NCBI GenBank assembly: GCA_951406725.2
Contig: OX597814.1
Coordinates: 1,054,001 to 1,118,000, forward strand
Length of the DNA stretch: 64,000 bases
Direction of reading: 5' to 3'
Source: Octopus vulgaris
Lineage: Eukaryota
Part shown: positions 63,028 to 64,000 of the stretch, in pieces
Position numbering within the stretch: the first letter of the stretch is position 1
Layout: each line of letters opens with the position of its first letter
Made by a program: the position numbers and the translations under genes
Notes under the pieces: model-generated
Database searches by the model: none
What the model was told of the DNA's origin: nothing
Seen by the model: only the letters and a program-made list of their open reading frames with translations

Positions 63028-64000
63028 ATTGGCGTTAGGAAGGGCATTCAGCTGTAGAAACATTGCCTGATCAGATTGGAGCATGGTGCAGTGTTCTGGT
63101 TGTCCAGACCTCAGTCAAACCGTCCGACCCATGCCAGCATGGAAAACAGATGTTAAACGATAATGATGATCATTATATTCTTAAAGCTACAGGATATCAT
63201 CATCATCATCGTTTAATGTCCGCTTTCCATGCTGGCATGGGTTGGACAGTTTGACTGAGGACTGTCGAGCCAGAAGGCTACACCAGGCTCCAATCTGATC
63301 TGCCAAAGGTTCTACAGCTGGATACCCTTCCTAACGCCAACCACTCCAAGAGTGTAGTGGGTGTTTTTACATGCCACCAGCACAAGGACCAGTCAGATGG
63401 TACTGGCAATGACCTCGCTCAAAAGGTATTTTTTACGTGCAACCTGCATGGGAGCCAGTCTGGCGGCACAGGCAACGACCACACTCAAATGCTGTTTTAC
63501 ACGTGCCACCGGCACATGTGCCGTTAAGGCAATTCTGGCAATGATCACGCTCGAATGGTGCTTTTTACATGCCACCGGCATGGGAGCCAATCCGTGGACC
63601 TGGCAACAATCACTCTCAGATGTGCTTTTAGTGTTCCACTGGCACAAGTGCTAATCAAGCAGTACTGCCATTGGCCACGTCAGCGATTTTGATTTGATTT
63701 GATTTCACTTGCCTCAATAGGTCTTAGCAAGCAAAGTTTATTGTCCAATGAATGAGGGGTACTCATAAGTGGGCTGATTACACCCCATGATTGGATGTGC
63801 TTTTAACGTTCCACTGGCACAAGTGCCAATCAGGCAGTACTGCCATTGGCCACGTCAGCGATTTTGATTTTGATTTGATTTCACTTGCCTCAATAGGTCT
63901 TAGCAAGCAAAGTTTATTGTCCAATGAACGAGGGGTACTCATAAGTGGGCTGATTACACCCCACAAATGCCAATCAAGCGGTACTGCCATCGGCCATGTC
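63028..64000 (-). mobile_element. RTE LINE 3' UTR fragments (63028-63170 on +; 63197-64000 on - with ~180-bp tandem duplication)
   Basis: Core, hairpin and tails; ~63615-63786 is repeated at ~63790-63963. Confidence 0.85.

Overview
Repeat-dense, AT-rich animal genomic DNA. The SINE/LINE repertoire and microsatellite load look like an octopus (coleoid cephalopod); that assignment is from memory, not from a search. No complete protein-coding gene is visible. There is one good candidate internal exon (43594-43756, +) and a phase-compatible weaker one (4038-4092), so most of the window may be intron. The rest is mobile DNA: many 5'-truncated RTE LINE 3' ends with (GAT)n tails and internal ~61-bp repeats, several tRNA-derived SINE families, R4/Dong fragments in (TAA)n, CR1-like fragments, Tc1/mariner relics, hAT and piggyBac-type MITEs, two Helitron-type elements, a tRNA-Ser pseudogene, and a 5'-truncated Penelope-like (RT + GIY-YIG) element at ~50425-52080. 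The main signal is about ten unrelated short element families, most arranged as fold-back (inverted-repeat) insertions and often beside (TA)n. They carry type I minimal hammerhead-ribozyme motifs with palindromic helix III. The motifs show natural covariation of the core 3-8 pair (C-G, U-A, G-C). One family joins a tRNA-derived Pol III head to a hammerhead-bearing tail and shows Penelope-type inverted junctions, making it a candidate Penelope-mobilised ribozyme SINE. All coordinates and pairings were read by eye, element ends are approximate, and no ribozyme activity is demonstrated.
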